A stretch of 50,802 nucleotides of DNA from Acidobacteriota bacterium. Lineage in GTDB: Bacteria; Acidobacteriota; Vicinamibacteria; Vicinamibacterales; 2-12-FULL-66-21. A model generated the notes under the pieces. The model searched no databases and was not told where the DNA came from. It saw only the letters and a list, made by a program, of their open reading frames with translations. Positions 23,137 through 31,834 of the stretch are shown in pieces. The stretch's first letter is position 1. The number at the start of each line of letters is the position of its first letter. The position numbers and the translations under genes are program-made. The stretch covers positions 1-50,802 of the forward strand of contig JBKOZS010000143.1 in NCBI GenBank assembly GCA_046726015.1, in the 5' to 3' direction.

Positions 23137-23352
23137 AGCGCCTGCGGCCCGCGCGAGGCGACGTCCGCCTTCGCGCAAAGCGCTTCGGCGCGACAGCCTT
23201 CGGCTGGAGCTGAGAGTAGCGGGTGCACAGCGCGAGCGCGTGAGAGCCTTCAGCTGCCGCGTAGCCCGAATGGGCGGAGCGGCAGGCGTCGGGGGTGGGG
23301 CCCCGACGCCGTTGAGGAGGGGTGGGCCCCACGCGCATTGAATAATGCTGAC
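23137..23352. mobile_element. Composite palindromic MITE/REP-like element, related to 40687-40791 and carrying nested repeats
   Basis: 23137-23163 is the exact reverse complement of 40765-40791. 23319-23352 closely matches the reverse complement of 40687-40722. Extra hairpins lie between these ends. Confidence 0.75.
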
Positions 23353-23397
23353 TGAAAGTGCGAGACAGCTTTGGCGTTTGACGTTTAGCATTATCAC

Positions 23398-24339
23398 GTG
23401 CCGTTCTCCTACGACGACTTCGATCTCTCTGGTATTCACACCTATCCGCTCGCGTCGCGGCGGAGCAAGGCGAACGCGGCAGACTTTGCGAAGCCGTTCG
23501 CCCCCGGCACCGGCGTGCGGGGTCTCATCGACGCGATGCCGTCGATCCTGGCGGCGTCCGACTTCAAAACGGTCGTCACGGCCATGCGCGCAGCGCACGC
23601 CGGAGGGCGCGGGATCGTCTGGGGTCTCGGCGCGCACGTACTGAAGACCGGCTTGTCGCCAATCCTGATCGATCTCATGGAGCGCGGCTTCGTATCGGCG
23701 GTCGCGACCAATGGCGCCGGCGTCATTCACGACTTCGAAATCGCGATGTCAGGCTCGACGTCGGAGGACGTGGACGAAGCGCTCGGTCCCGGGCGCTTCG
23801 GCATGGCCGAGGAAACCGGCCGGTTGCTGAACACCGCCATCAACGACGGAGTAAAGGATGGCCTCGGTCTCGGCCAGGCCGTCGCTCGATACCTGCAGAA
23901 GGCCGCGCCATCGCACGCGCATCTCAGCATCATCGCCGCCGCGGCACGCCTCAACGTGCCAGTCACGGTGCACGTCGCGATCGGCACCGACATCATTCAC
24001 ATGCATCCCGCGGCATCCGGTGCCGCGCTCGGCGAAGGCAGTCTGCGCGACTTCCGCTATTTCGTGTCGAATGTCGCGCGCCTCGAGCACGGGGTGTATC
24101 TGAACTGCGGATCTGCCGTGGTGCTGCCCGAGGTATTTCTCAAGGCGGTGGCGCTCGCGCGTAACCAGGGCCGCTCCCTCGAGGGCCTGACCACGGTGAA
24201 CCTGGACTTCGTGCGGCTCTACCGGCCGCAGACCAACGTGGTATCACGGCCGGTTGCCGGTTACGGCAAGGGATACTCGCTCGTGGGCCACCACGAGATC
24301 ATGATTCCGCTGCTCGCGGCAGCACTCATCGACACGTAA
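23398..24339 (+). CDS. Deoxyhypusine-synthase-like fold protein (GSU2086-like family), function unknown
   Basis: Motifs GLGAHVLKTGL, ATNGAGVIHDFE, TSEDV, FGMAEETG, HVAIGTDIIH, GSAVVLPEVFLKA and GHHEIMIPLL. Confidence 0.8.
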   Translation: MPFSYDDFDLSGIHTYPLASRRSKANAADFAKPFAPGTGVRGLIDAMPSILAASDFKTVVTAMRAAHAGGRGIVWGLGAHVLKTGLSPILIDLMERGFVSAVATNGAGVIHDFEIAMSGSTSEDVDEALGPGRFGMAEETGRLLNTAINDGVKDGLGLGQAVARYLQKAAPSHAHLSIIAAAARLNVPVTVHVAIGTDIIHMHPAASGAALGEGSLRDFRYFVSNVARLEHGVYLNCGSAVVLPEVFLKAVALARNQGRSLEGLTTVNLDFVRLYRPQTNVVSRPVAGYGKGYSLVGHHEIMIPLLAAALIDT

Positions 24340-24341
24340 GA

Positions 24342-24433
24342 TCACCGGAGATCGGGGAGAGCGGAGAGATCGCTGTCATTCTCTCAAGAAAACAAAGCAG
24401 CCGCCCTCTCCGATCTCCGCGATCTCTCCGTGA
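24342..24433. repeat. Inverted arrays of ~9-nt repeats (GGAGATCG type)
   Basis: tcaccggagatcggggagagcggagagatcg ... ctctccgatctccgcgatctctccgtga. Confidence 0.65.
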
Positions 24434-24458
24434 TACGGCAGCAGGTGAAAGTAGACGA

Positions 24459-26747
24459 ATGCGCTTCGACCGCATCGGCCCGTATCGCGTGCTCGAACAG
24501 ATCGGGCGCGGCGGCATGGGCGAGATCTTCAGCGCCGAGGACGAGCGCCTCGGCCGCATCGTCGCCCTGAAGACGATATCTCGCGAGGTCGTCCCTGACG
24601 AAGATTCGCGGCGCCGCCTGCTCGCGGAAGCGCGCGCGGCGGCCGCGCTCTCTCACCCGTTCATCTGCACGATTCACGACGCGCTCGAGCATGACGGCCT
24701 GCCGGTGATCGTCATGGAGTACGTGCAAGGGGAAACGATTGCCGATCGCGTGACGGCGGGCCCGGTGCCCCCTCCGGAGATCTGCCGGATCGGGATCGAG
24801 GTTGCCGAAGCGCTGGCGATTGCCCATGCGCGTGGCACGATCCACCGTGACATCTCCGCGGCGAACATCATGCTCGCCAGCGACGGCCATCCGAAGGTGA
24901 TGGACTTTGGTCTCGCGCGCAGGCTGAAGGGCACGGCCGCGCCGAGCGCGACCGTCACCTCCTCGGACTTCACGGCCGGTATGGTCATCGGCACGCCGGC
25001 GTATGTGTCCCCGGAGGCCCTCCGCGGCGATTCGGTCGACGCGCGTTCGGACCTGTATTCGCTGGGCGTCGTCCTCTATCTGATGGCGGCCGGCCGGCTG
25101 CCCTTCATCGAGGAAACCACGACGGCGCTGGTTGCGTCGATTCTCACCCGTACGCCGGCAGCACCGCGCATGCTCGCGCCGTCGCTGCCGCCGGCACTCG
25201 ACGCGATCATCATGACGCTGCTCGAGAAGGAACCAGCGGCACGGTTCCAATCCGCTGGTGCGCTCGCGGCTGCGCTGTCCGAGGCGCTGTCCGACACCGC
25301 TTCCGCACCGGTCCTGCGCTCGGTGGCCGTGCTGCCGTTCCGCTCGCTCGGACAGGCAAGCGCAGGCGATGACGACCTCGGACTCGGGCTTGCCGACGCA
25401 ACGATCACCGAACTTGCCGCGGTACGCTCGCTGCTGGTGCGGCCGACGGCGGCAATCCTTCCGTATCAGGGCGGCGCCGTCGACCCGGTGCGTGCCGGCC
25501 GCGAGCTGTCGGTCGACGCGGTCGTCGACGGCAGCCTGCAGCGGCGAGGCGTGCAGGTGCGGGTCACGGCGCAGTTGCTCAGCACGTCGGACGGCCGTCC
25601 GCTCTGGGGCACGAAGATCGACGCGAACCTCGACGAGGTGTTTCGGCTGCAGGACGACGTGGCGCGGGAAGTCATGCGTGCGCTCGACATAACGGTCACC
25701 GCCTCCGACCAGCGCCGCCTGGAGCGTGGTCCGCGCGGCCAGGCCGCGGCGCGAGAGCATTACCTTCGTGGCCGCGTGCACATGACGAGCGAGTCGATCG
25801 AGAGCATGGATGCGGCGGTCGACGAATTTCAGAAGGCCATCGCGATCGACTCCTCGTACGCGGAGGCATACGTCGGACTGGCGACCGCGTTCAGTCGCAT
25901 GGCGTTCAGCTTCAAGCCGGACTCCGACTTTCACACGCGTGCTGAAGAGATGTGCGCGCGCGCGCTGGCGATCGATCGAACGTTGCCCGAGGCTCGGTTC
26001 CTGCGCGGATGGCTCGCCTGGACGCCGGCCGCGGGCTTTCAACATGAAGCCGCCATCCGGGACGTCAGCCTGGCGATAGCGGAACGCCCGGGACTCAATG
26101 AAGCGCACCACCTGCTCGGCATGGTGCTGCTTCACATCTCGCTGTTCGACGAATCGGTCCGCGAGCTCGAGCGGGCGCTGGCCATCGACCCGAACGACAG
26201 TAGTGCGTACATGCACCTCGGTTGGACGAAATACCTGGCGGGTGACCTTGCGGAGGCACTCGACATTTCGACGGAAGCGTGGCGCCGGAGCCCCTCGGCG
26301 TGGGCCGGTTATCAACTTGCGCTGGCACAACTGCAACTCGGGCGCCTCGATGCAGCAGAGAAGACCTGCACCGCCGCGGCGCGCCATGCACCGGACGACG
26401 TGCTGCAGTATCCGCTGCGCGGCCTGATCGCGGCGCTGCGGGGCGACGACGAGGAAGCGGAGCGCCAGATCGAACTGACCGTGCAACACCGGAAGGCGTT
26501 CGGGCACTACCACCATGCGCAGTACGATGTCGCCTGCATCTACGCGCGGCTGGGCCGCGCGGACGAGGCGATGCGATGGCTGACCGACGCCGCCCGCAAC
26601 GGATTCCCGTGCCACGGGTTCTTTGCGCGGGATCGGTTGCTGATGCCGCTGCGCGGCCGGCAGGATTTTGCGGCACTGCTGATGGAGCTGCAGACGGTCC
26701 GGGAGGGCTGCCGGCGGGCGTATTACGAGTCTCGGGAGTCGAAGTAG
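24459..26747 (+). CDS. Hanks-type Ser/Thr protein kinase with TolB-N-like domain and TPR repeats
   Basis: Kinase motifs IGRGGMGEI, VALK, HRDISAAN, DFGLA, GTPAYVSPE and SDLYSLG. SVAVLPF marks the TolB-N-like domain, followed by TPR helices. Confidence 0.92.
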   Translation: MRFDRIGPYRVLEQIGRGGMGEIFSAEDERLGRIVALKTISREVVPDEDSRRRLLAEARAAAALSHPFICTIHDALEHDGLPVIVMEYVQGETIADRVTAGPVPPPEICRIGIEVAEALAIAHARGTIHRDISAANIMLASDGHPKVMDFGLARRLKGTAAPSATVTSSDFTAGMVIGTPAYVSPEALRGDSVDARSDLYSLGVVLYLMAAGRLPFIEETTTALVASILTRTPAAPRMLAPSLPPALDAIIMTLLEKEPAARFQSAGALAAALSEALSDTASAPVLRSVAVLPFRSLGQASAGDDDLGLGLADATITELAAVRSLLVRPTAAILPYQGGAVDPVRAGRELSVDAVVDGSLQRRGVQVRVTAQLLSTSDGRPLWGTKIDANLDEVFRLQDDVAREVMRALDITVTASDQRRLERGPRGQAAAREHYLRGRVHMTSESIESMDAAVDEFQKAIAIDSSYAEAYVGLATAFSRMAFSFKPDSDFHTRAEEMCARALAIDRTLPEARFLRGWLAWTPAAGFQHEAAIRDVSLAIAERPGLNEAHHLLGMVLLHISLFDESVRELERALAIDPNDSSAYMHLGWTKYLAGDLAEALDISTEAWRRSPSAWAGYQLALAQLQLGRLDAAEKTCTAAARHAPDDVLQYPLRGLIAALRGDDEEAERQIELTVQHRKAFGHYHHAQYDVACIYARLGRADEAMRWLTDAARNGFPCHGFFARDRLLMPLRGRQDFAALLMELQTVREGCRRAYYESRESK

Positions 26748-26763
26748 GCTCGGGTTCGGGGCT

Positions 26764-26798
26764 TCCGCCTTCGCGGCTACGCTGCTACGGCGGACAAG
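26764..26798. repeat. REP-like palindrome TCCGCCTTCGC...GGCGGACAAG
   Basis: Related copies at 23163-23196 and 42796-42852. Confidence 0.65.
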
Positions 26799-26809
26799 CG
26801 GGACTCGTC

Positions 26810-26818
26810 TGCTATAAT
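26810..26818 (+). promoter_or_regulatory. Extended -10 promoter for the tRNA (and probably tilS-ftsH)
   Basis: TGCTATAAT fits TGn-TATAAT and ends 11 nt before the tRNA 5' end. Confidence 0.7.
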
Positions 26819-26829
26819 CGACGTTTCCT

Positions 26830-26906
26830 GCCGGTGTAGCTCAGTTGGTTAGAGCACGCGGCTCATATCCGCGGAGTCCGGGGTTCAAGTCCCTGCACCG
26901 GCACCA
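26830..26906 (+). tRNA. tRNA with CAT anticodon (most likely elongator tRNA-Met; tRNA-Ile2 not excluded)
   Basis: Acceptor stem GCCGGTG/CACCGGC followed by A-CCA, D arm TAGCTCAGTTGGTTAGAGC, anticodon arm CGCGG-CTCATAT-CCGCG, T loop GGTTCAAGTCC. The G1-C72 pair argues against an initiator tRNA. Confidence 0.95.
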
Positions 26907-26929
26907 TTCTTTTTCCTTTCGCTGACACA

Positions 26930-26981
26930 TGCTGAATACGGCGTGCTGACGATTCAGCATCCGGCATTGAGCATTCGGCAT
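26930..26981. repeat. Inverted 7-nt repeat arrays (ATGCTGA / ATTCAGC type) between the tRNA and tilS
   Basis: tgctgaatacggcgtgctga ... attcagc atccggc attgagc attcggc at. Confidence 0.6.
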
Positions 26982-26985
26982 CGAC

Positions 26986-28503
26986 ATGACGTTGCGCGCG
27001 AGGGTCCGGCGCACGATCCGTCAGCACGCGCTTGCGCGTCGCGAGACGCGTGTGCTGGTGGCGCTGTCGGGCGGTGCGGATTCGGTCGCGTTGCTGCACC
27101 TGCTGCGCGAGATGCAGGCGGCCGGGGATCTCGTCGTCGCCGGCGCGGCGCATCTGCATCACGGCCTTCGCGGCGCGGACGCCGACGCCGACGAGGCGTT
27201 CTGCCGTGCGCTGGCGGAACGGCTCAACGTGCCGTTCGTGGCCGCCCGTGCGGACGTCGCTGCGCTCGCACGCGAGCAGAAGCGCTCGATCGAAGGTGCG
27301 GCGCGTTCAGCGCGCTATGCGTTTCTCGAGCGCGCAGCGGACCAGCTCGGTGCGGATGTCATCGCGACGGCTCACACGCGGGACGACCAGGCCGAGACCT
27401 TCTTGTTACGGCTCCTGCGTGGCGCGGGGACCCGTGGACTCGCGGCAATCCGGCCGAGAGTTGGCCGGGTAATCCGGCCGGTGCTCGACGTGTCGCGATC
27501 GGACCTGAGGCGTTTTCTCGAGGATCGGGGGGAAGGTTTTCGCGAGGATGTCACGAATGCAGACGTGTCGATCCCGCGAAACCGGGTCCGGCATGAGCTG
27601 ATTCCGTACATCCAATCACGTTTTTCGCAGGGGGCGCCGGTGCGCCTCGCCCGGCAGGCGGCGCTCGCCAGGCAGGACGAAGAGTTTCTTCGGCAACGTG
27701 CAATCGAAAGTGCGGCTCGGATCGTCTTAAAAGGAAACGGCTTCGGCCTCGATGAAACCCGCGGAATTTCGAGGGCGGACGCAGGCGGGGGTCCTCCGGA
27801 CCTGGGTCCTCGAACGTCGGCCATCGATCCTCCGACCTCGGATCTCGGTATCGATCTGGATGCATCGGCGCTGGCGACGACCCCGCGGGCGCTCAGCTCA
27901 CGCGTGGCACATGACGTGCTGTCGCGGTTGGCGGGCACTCGCTCCATCAGCGCCCATCACGTCGATCGGTTACTGGCGCTCGCCGAAGGAGGCCGGGACG
28001 GGGAATCCGTCAGCCTTCCGGGTCATTACGCCCTGCGGCAGGGCGGGCTGATTCGGCTCAGGACCGGCCGGGGACCGACGCGCGAAGACGCGAACGCTTT
28101 CGCTTTTTCGTTGTCTATTCCTGGAGAGGTCGCATGGCTGCCCGACGGCTCGGCGATCACGGCCGAACGCCTCGATCCCGGTTCGAACGGGCGTCGCTGG
28201 GCCGCCAGAGGGGCCGAAGTGGGAATTGCCGCCGCGCCTCTGGCTCTGCCACTCGCGGTCCGGAGCCGCAGGCCGGGTGACCGGTTTCACCCGCTGGGCG
28301 CACCCGGCGAGAGAAAGCTTCAAGACTTCCTCGTGGACCGCAAGGTTCCCCGGGCCGAGCGGGATGCCCTGCCCCTCGTCGTGGACGGCCGGGATCGGAT
28401 TGTCTGGGTGGTTGGGCACTCGGTGGCGGAGGACTTTCGCGTCATCGACCCCTCGGCAGGCGTGTTACTCTTGAAAGTCAGGCGGTTAGGAGGCGTAGGT
28501 TGA
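26986..28503 (+). CDS. tilS: tRNA(Ile)-lysidine synthetase
   Basis: PP-loop [40 protein letters not shown], and C-terminal RRPGDRF...[13 protein letters not shown]. Confidence 0.96.
   Translation: MTLRARVRRTIRQHALARRETRVLVALSGGADSVALLHLLREMQAAGDLVVAGAAHLHHGLRGADADADEAFCRALAERLNVPFVAARADVAALAREQKRSIEGAARSARYAFLERAADQLGADVIATAHTRDDQAETFLLRLLRGAGTRGLAAIRPRVGRVIRPVLDVSRSDLRRFLEDRGEGFREDVTNADVSIPRNRVRHELIPYIQSRFSQGAPVRLARQAALARQDEEFLRQRAIESAARIVLKGNGFGLDETRGISRADAGGGPPDLGPRTSAIDPPTSDLGIDLDASALATTPRALSSRVAHDVLSRLAGTRSISAHHVDRLLALAEGGRDGESVSLPGHYALRQGGLIRLRTGRGPTREDANAFAFSLSIPGEVAWLPDGSAITAERLDPGSNGRRWAARGAEVGIAAAPLALPLAVRSRRPGDRFHPLGAPGERKLQDFLVDRKVPRAERDALPLVVDGRDRIVWVVGHSVAEDFRVIDPSAGVLLLKVRRLGGVG
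27792..27857. repeat. Degenerate 7-nt tandem array (GACCTCG family) inside tilS
   Basis: gacctgg gtcctcg aacgtcg gccatcg atcctcc gacctcg gatctcg, encoding [19 protein letters not shown]. Confidence 0.7.
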
Positions 28504-30434
28504 ACTCAACCCTCAAAAGCTTGCTGTTCTGGATGGTCCTGATCGTCGTCGGGGTGCTGATCTGGAACTTCTCGACGACCTTCCAGCGCAGCGAAGCGGC
28601 CATGCCGTTCTCCATGTTCCTGAAGCACGTGCAGGACAAGGAAGTTGCGTCGGTCACGATTACCGGCAATGAGATCACCGGTGTCCTGACGACCTCCGCC
28701 ACCGGCGACGGCAACACGAAATTCCGCACCTACGCGCCAACCCAGTACGAAGGGCTCGGCAATAAGCTGACGGACAACGGCGTCCAGATCACCGCGAAGC
28801 CGGAAACCACCAGCCCGTGGGCGACACTCCTGTACTCCTGGGCTCCGATCCTTTTGATGATTGGCTTCTGGCTGTTCATCATGCGGCAGATGCAGAGCGG
28901 CGGGAACAAGGCGCTGTCGTTCGGGAAGAGCCGCGCGAAGCTGTCGTCGAGCTCGCAGAAGAAGGTGACGTTCAAGGACGTGGCCGGCGTCGACGAAGCG
29001 AAGGAAGAGCTCCAGGAAATCATCGAGTTCCTGAAGGAACCGCAGAAGTTCCAGAAGCTGGGCGGCCGCATCCCGAAAGGCGTCCTGCTGATGGGGCCTC
29101 CGGGAACCGGCAAGACACTGCTCGCGCGCGCGGTGGCTGGCGAAGCAAACGTGCCGTTCTTCTCGATCAGCGGTTCAGACTTCGTCGAAATGTTCGTGGG
29201 CGTCGGCGCCTCGCGCGTCCGCGATCTCTTCGAACAGGGAAAGAAGAACGCGCCGTGCATCGTGTTCATCGATGAGATCGATGCGGTCGGCCGCCATCGC
29301 GGCGCGGGTCTCGGCGGCGGTCACGACGAGCGCGAACAGACGCTGAACCAACTGCTCGTCGAGATGGACGGCTTCGAGTCGAACGAGGGGGTCATCCTCG
29401 TCGCGGCCACGAACCGACCTGACGTCCTCGATCCGGCGCTTCTCCGTCCCGGCCGTTTCGATCGCCGCATCGTCGTCAACCGTCCCGACGTGAAGGGACG
29501 TGAAGGCATCCTCGCGGTCCACACGAAGAAGATTCCGTTGGCCGACGATGTGAACATTCACGTGCTGGCGCGCGGTTCGTCCGGCTTCTCTGGCGCGGAC
29601 CTGGCGAACCTGGTGAACGAGGCGGCGTTGAACGCTGCGCGTTATAACCAGAAGGTCGTGCGCATGCACGACTTCGAGTTCGCGAAGGATAAAGTCCTGA
29701 TGGGCTCGGAGCGCCGGTCGATGATCATCTCCGAGGAGGAGAAGAAGGTCACGGCGATCCACGAAGCCGGTCACGCGCTGCTTGCCGTCGTGCTGCCGCA
29801 CGCGGATCCGATCCACAAGGTGACGATCATTCCGCGCGGCATGGCCCTCGGCGTCACGATGCAGCTGCCGGAAGGCGACAAGCACAATTACACGCGGGAC
29901 TATCTGAACGATCAGATTGCGATCCTGCTCGGTGGCCGTCTCGCCGAGGAACTGACCAATGGCGGCATGACGACCGGCGCCGGCAACGATCTCGAGCGCT
30001 CGACCGAGCTCGCGCGCAAGATGGTCTGCGAGTGGGGCATGAGCGACGCGATGGGGCCGCTCACGTTCGGCAAGAAGGAAGAGCAGATCTTCCTCGGCCG
30101 TGAGATCGCGCAGCACCAGGATTACAGCGAGGACACGGCAATCCGCATCGATCACGAGATCAAGCGTTTCGTGACGAGCAACTACGAGCGCGCGAAGGAG
30201 CTGCTCGAGAAGCACAAGCCGGCATTGCTCCGCATCGCGGAGGAGCTGCTCTCGCGCGAGGTGCTCGATGCCGACCAGGTGCGCCGCATCATCGCGGGAC
30301 ACCCGCTCGAGGATCCGAAGCCGGCGGCCAGCCCGGTCGCTGCGGCGGAAGACGGCACGCGCAAGACGGCAAAGGAGCGGCCGGCCATCGTGCCGCCCAT
30401 CCCGCCGCTCAACAAGCCCCTTCCACAGGAATAA
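28500..30434 (+). CDS. ftsH: ATP-dependent zinc metalloprotease FtsH
   Basis: Two TM segments, Walker [38 protein letters not shown] and HEAGH. TTG start with a GGAGG RBS. Confidence 0.98.
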   Translation: MNSTLKSLLFWMVLIVVGVLIWNFSTTFQRSEAAMPFSMFLKHVQDKEVASVTITGNEITGVLTTSATGDGNTKFRTYAPTQYEGLGNKLTDNGVQITAKPETTSPWATLLYSWAPILLMIGFWLFIMRQMQSGGNKALSFGKSRAKLSSSSQKKVTFKDVAGVDEAKEELQEIIEFLKEPQKFQKLGGRIPKGVLLMGPPGTGKTLLARAVAGEANVPFFSISGSDFVEMFVGVGASRVRDLFEQGKKNAPCIVFIDEIDAVGRHRGAGLGGGHDEREQTLNQLLVEMDGFESNEGVILVAATNRPDVLDPALLRPGRFDRRIVVNRPDVKGREGILAVHTKKIPLADDVNIHVLARGSSGFSGADLANLVNEAALNAARYNQKVVRMHDFEFAKDKVLMGSERRSMIISEEEKKVTAIHEAGHALLAVVLPHADPIHKVTIIPRGMALGVTMQLPEGDKHNYTRDYLNDQIAILLGGRLAEELTNGGMTTGAGNDLERSTELARKMVCEWGMSDAMGPLTFGKKEEQIFLGREIAQHQDYSEDTAIRIDHEIKRFVTSNYERAKELLEKHKPALLRIAEELLSREVLDADQVRRIIAGHPLEDPKPAASPVAAAEDGTRKTAKERPAIVPPIPPLNKPLPQE

Positions 30435-30440
30435 GCAACA

Positions 30441-30499
30441 GGTGCTCGGGGTGCTCAGGGTGCGAAAGGTGCGGAGGCACCTCGCGCACCCGTGACACC
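30441..30499. repeat. 9-nt GGTGC repeat array with a short inverted GCACC part
   Basis: ggtgctcgg ggtgctcag ggtgcgaaa ggtgcgga g gcacctcgc gcacccgtg acacc. Confidence 0.65.
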
Positions 30500-31376
30500 C
30501 CGTCGGCCGTATTCCATCCCGCTCCCGGGAAAACCCCCGCTGCAGCTTGGTGCCCGCACGCTCGTGATGGGCATCCTCAACATCACTCCTGATTCATTCG
30601 CGGACGGCGGACGGCATCTCGACGTCGATCGGGCCGTGGCGGCCGGCGTGCGCATGGTTGCGGATGGCGCCGACCTCCTCGACATCGGCGGGGAATCCAC
30701 GAGGCCCGGCGCGGATCCACTGCCTGAGGACGAAGAGTTGCGCCGCGTGCTGCCCGTGCTCGAGCGGCTCGCGTCACAGGTCGACGTGCCGATCTCCATC
30801 GACACCTACAAAGCGAACGTCGCGAGGGAAGCCGTGGCGCGGGGCGCCACGATCATCAATGACGTTAGCGGACTCCAGTACGAACCGGCGCTGGGCAGTG
30901 TGGCTGCCCGGACCGGGGCGGGATTGATCCTGATGCACACGCGCGGGCGCTCGCGGGGGATGTACGACCTGGCGGTGTATGAGGACGTGGCCCGCGAGGT
31001 GACCGCGGAGCTTGCGGCGGCAATCGAGCGCGCGACAGGCGCGGGTGTGTCGCGGGACGCGATCGTGATCGATCCGGGGTTCGGGTTCGCCAAGCGTGCG
31101 GAGCACAGCTATGAGGTACTTGCGCGTCTCGACGCGCTTGCCGCGCTCGACCGGCCAATCCTTTCAGGCCCGTCCCGGAAGTCGTTCCTGAGGGCCGCGC
31201 TCGGCGACCGTCAGCCGGATCAACGCGAGTGGGGAACCGCCGCCGCCGTCACGGCCAGTGTCATCTTCGGTGCGCACATCGTGCGTGTTCATGGCGTGAA
31301 GGAGATGGTCGACGTCGTGCGCGTTGCCGACCGAATTCGCGACGCCACGTCGGCCAACGCTACATATCTCCTCTGA
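30492..31376 (+). CDS. folP: Dihydropteroate synthase
   Basis: Motifs MGILNITPDSF, DIGGESTRPG, SIDTYK, INDVSG, IDPGFGF, SRKSF and RVHGV. Confidence 0.96.
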   Translation: MTPRRPYSIPLPGKPPLQLGARTLVMGILNITPDSFADGGRHLDVDRAVAAGVRMVADGADLLDIGGESTRPGADPLPEDEELRRVLPVLERLASQVDVPISIDTYKANVAREAVARGATIINDVSGLQYEPALGSVAARTGAGLILMHTRGRSRGMYDLAVYEDVAREVTAELAAAIERATGAGVSRDAIVIDPGFGFAKRAEHSYEVLARLDALAALDRPILSGPSRKSFLRAALGDRQPDQREWGTAAAVTASVIFGAHIVRVHGVKEMVDVVRVADRIRDATSANATYLL

Positions 31377-31424
31377 CTCATGCACCCGTTTCCCGCCACC
31401 GACAAGTCCGATTGTGAATGCGCG

Positions 31425-31440
31425 TGGCAGCAATGTTGCT
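31425..31440 (+). promoter_or_regulatory. Putative sigma54 (-24/-12) promoter
   Basis: TGGCAGCAATGTTGCT has exact GG-N10-GC spacing and lies about 55 nt upstream of the CsbD-like gene. Confidence 0.55.
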
Positions 31441-31494
31441 CGAGCCCCTTCGGCAGCGGCTCGAGATGTAGCTCGTTGCCCGAGGGAGGTAGTG

Positions 31495-31710
31495 ATGGGT
31501 GACATTGATCGCGATCGTCCGGATGATTCGAACGCGCCGCGCCACGAGCCAGGGTCCGTTGGGGAGGAAACGTCGGCGGCCGGCCAGCGCATCAAGGGCG
31601 CGACCGAAGACGCGATCGGCGAGATGACGGACGACGAGACGCTCGAGGAGAAGGGCGAACGGGAGAACGAGGCCGGCCGCGACCGGCAGGAGAAAAACGA
31701 CGCCGTCTGA
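31495..31710 (+). CDS. CsbD-like small general stress protein
   Basis: GGAGG RBS, then MGDIDRDRPDD...RIKGATEDAIGEMTDDETLEEKGERE, which fits the CsbD pattern KG..KE..G..T.D..L..EG. Confidence 0.75.
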   Translation: MGDIDRDRPDDSNAPRHEPGSVGEETSAAGQRIKGATEDAIGEMTDDETLEEKGERENEAGRDRQEKNDAV

Positions 31711-31725
31711 GTGGCTGGAGATCCG

Positions 31726-31752
31726 GGCGCGGCTTGCGGGCCGCGCCTCTTT
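31726..31752 (+). terminator. Intrinsic terminator-like hairpin after the csbD-like gene
   Basis: GGCGCGGC-ttgcgg-GCCGCGCC followed by TCTTT. Confidence 0.55.
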
Positions 31753-31834
31753 CGCAACGACGATCCGAAGACCAGCCTTGCCCGCCTCGTCTCGCTCTAC
31801 GTCTCCGCCCGCATGAGTTAAGCTACCGTCCGGG

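Noticed and set aside
24384-26615. 743-aa antisense ORF, and similar long ones such as 13138-14667, 17432-18778, 29175-30302, 35864-37279 and 49069-50670
   Set aside because: These are shadow ORFs opposite well-supported genes in high-GC DNA. They are Arg/Ala-rich with no recognisable motifs.
26830-26985. tRNA as an integration site for a prophage or island
   Set aside because: No integrase and no duplicated tRNA 3' end were seen, and the flanking genes are housekeeping.
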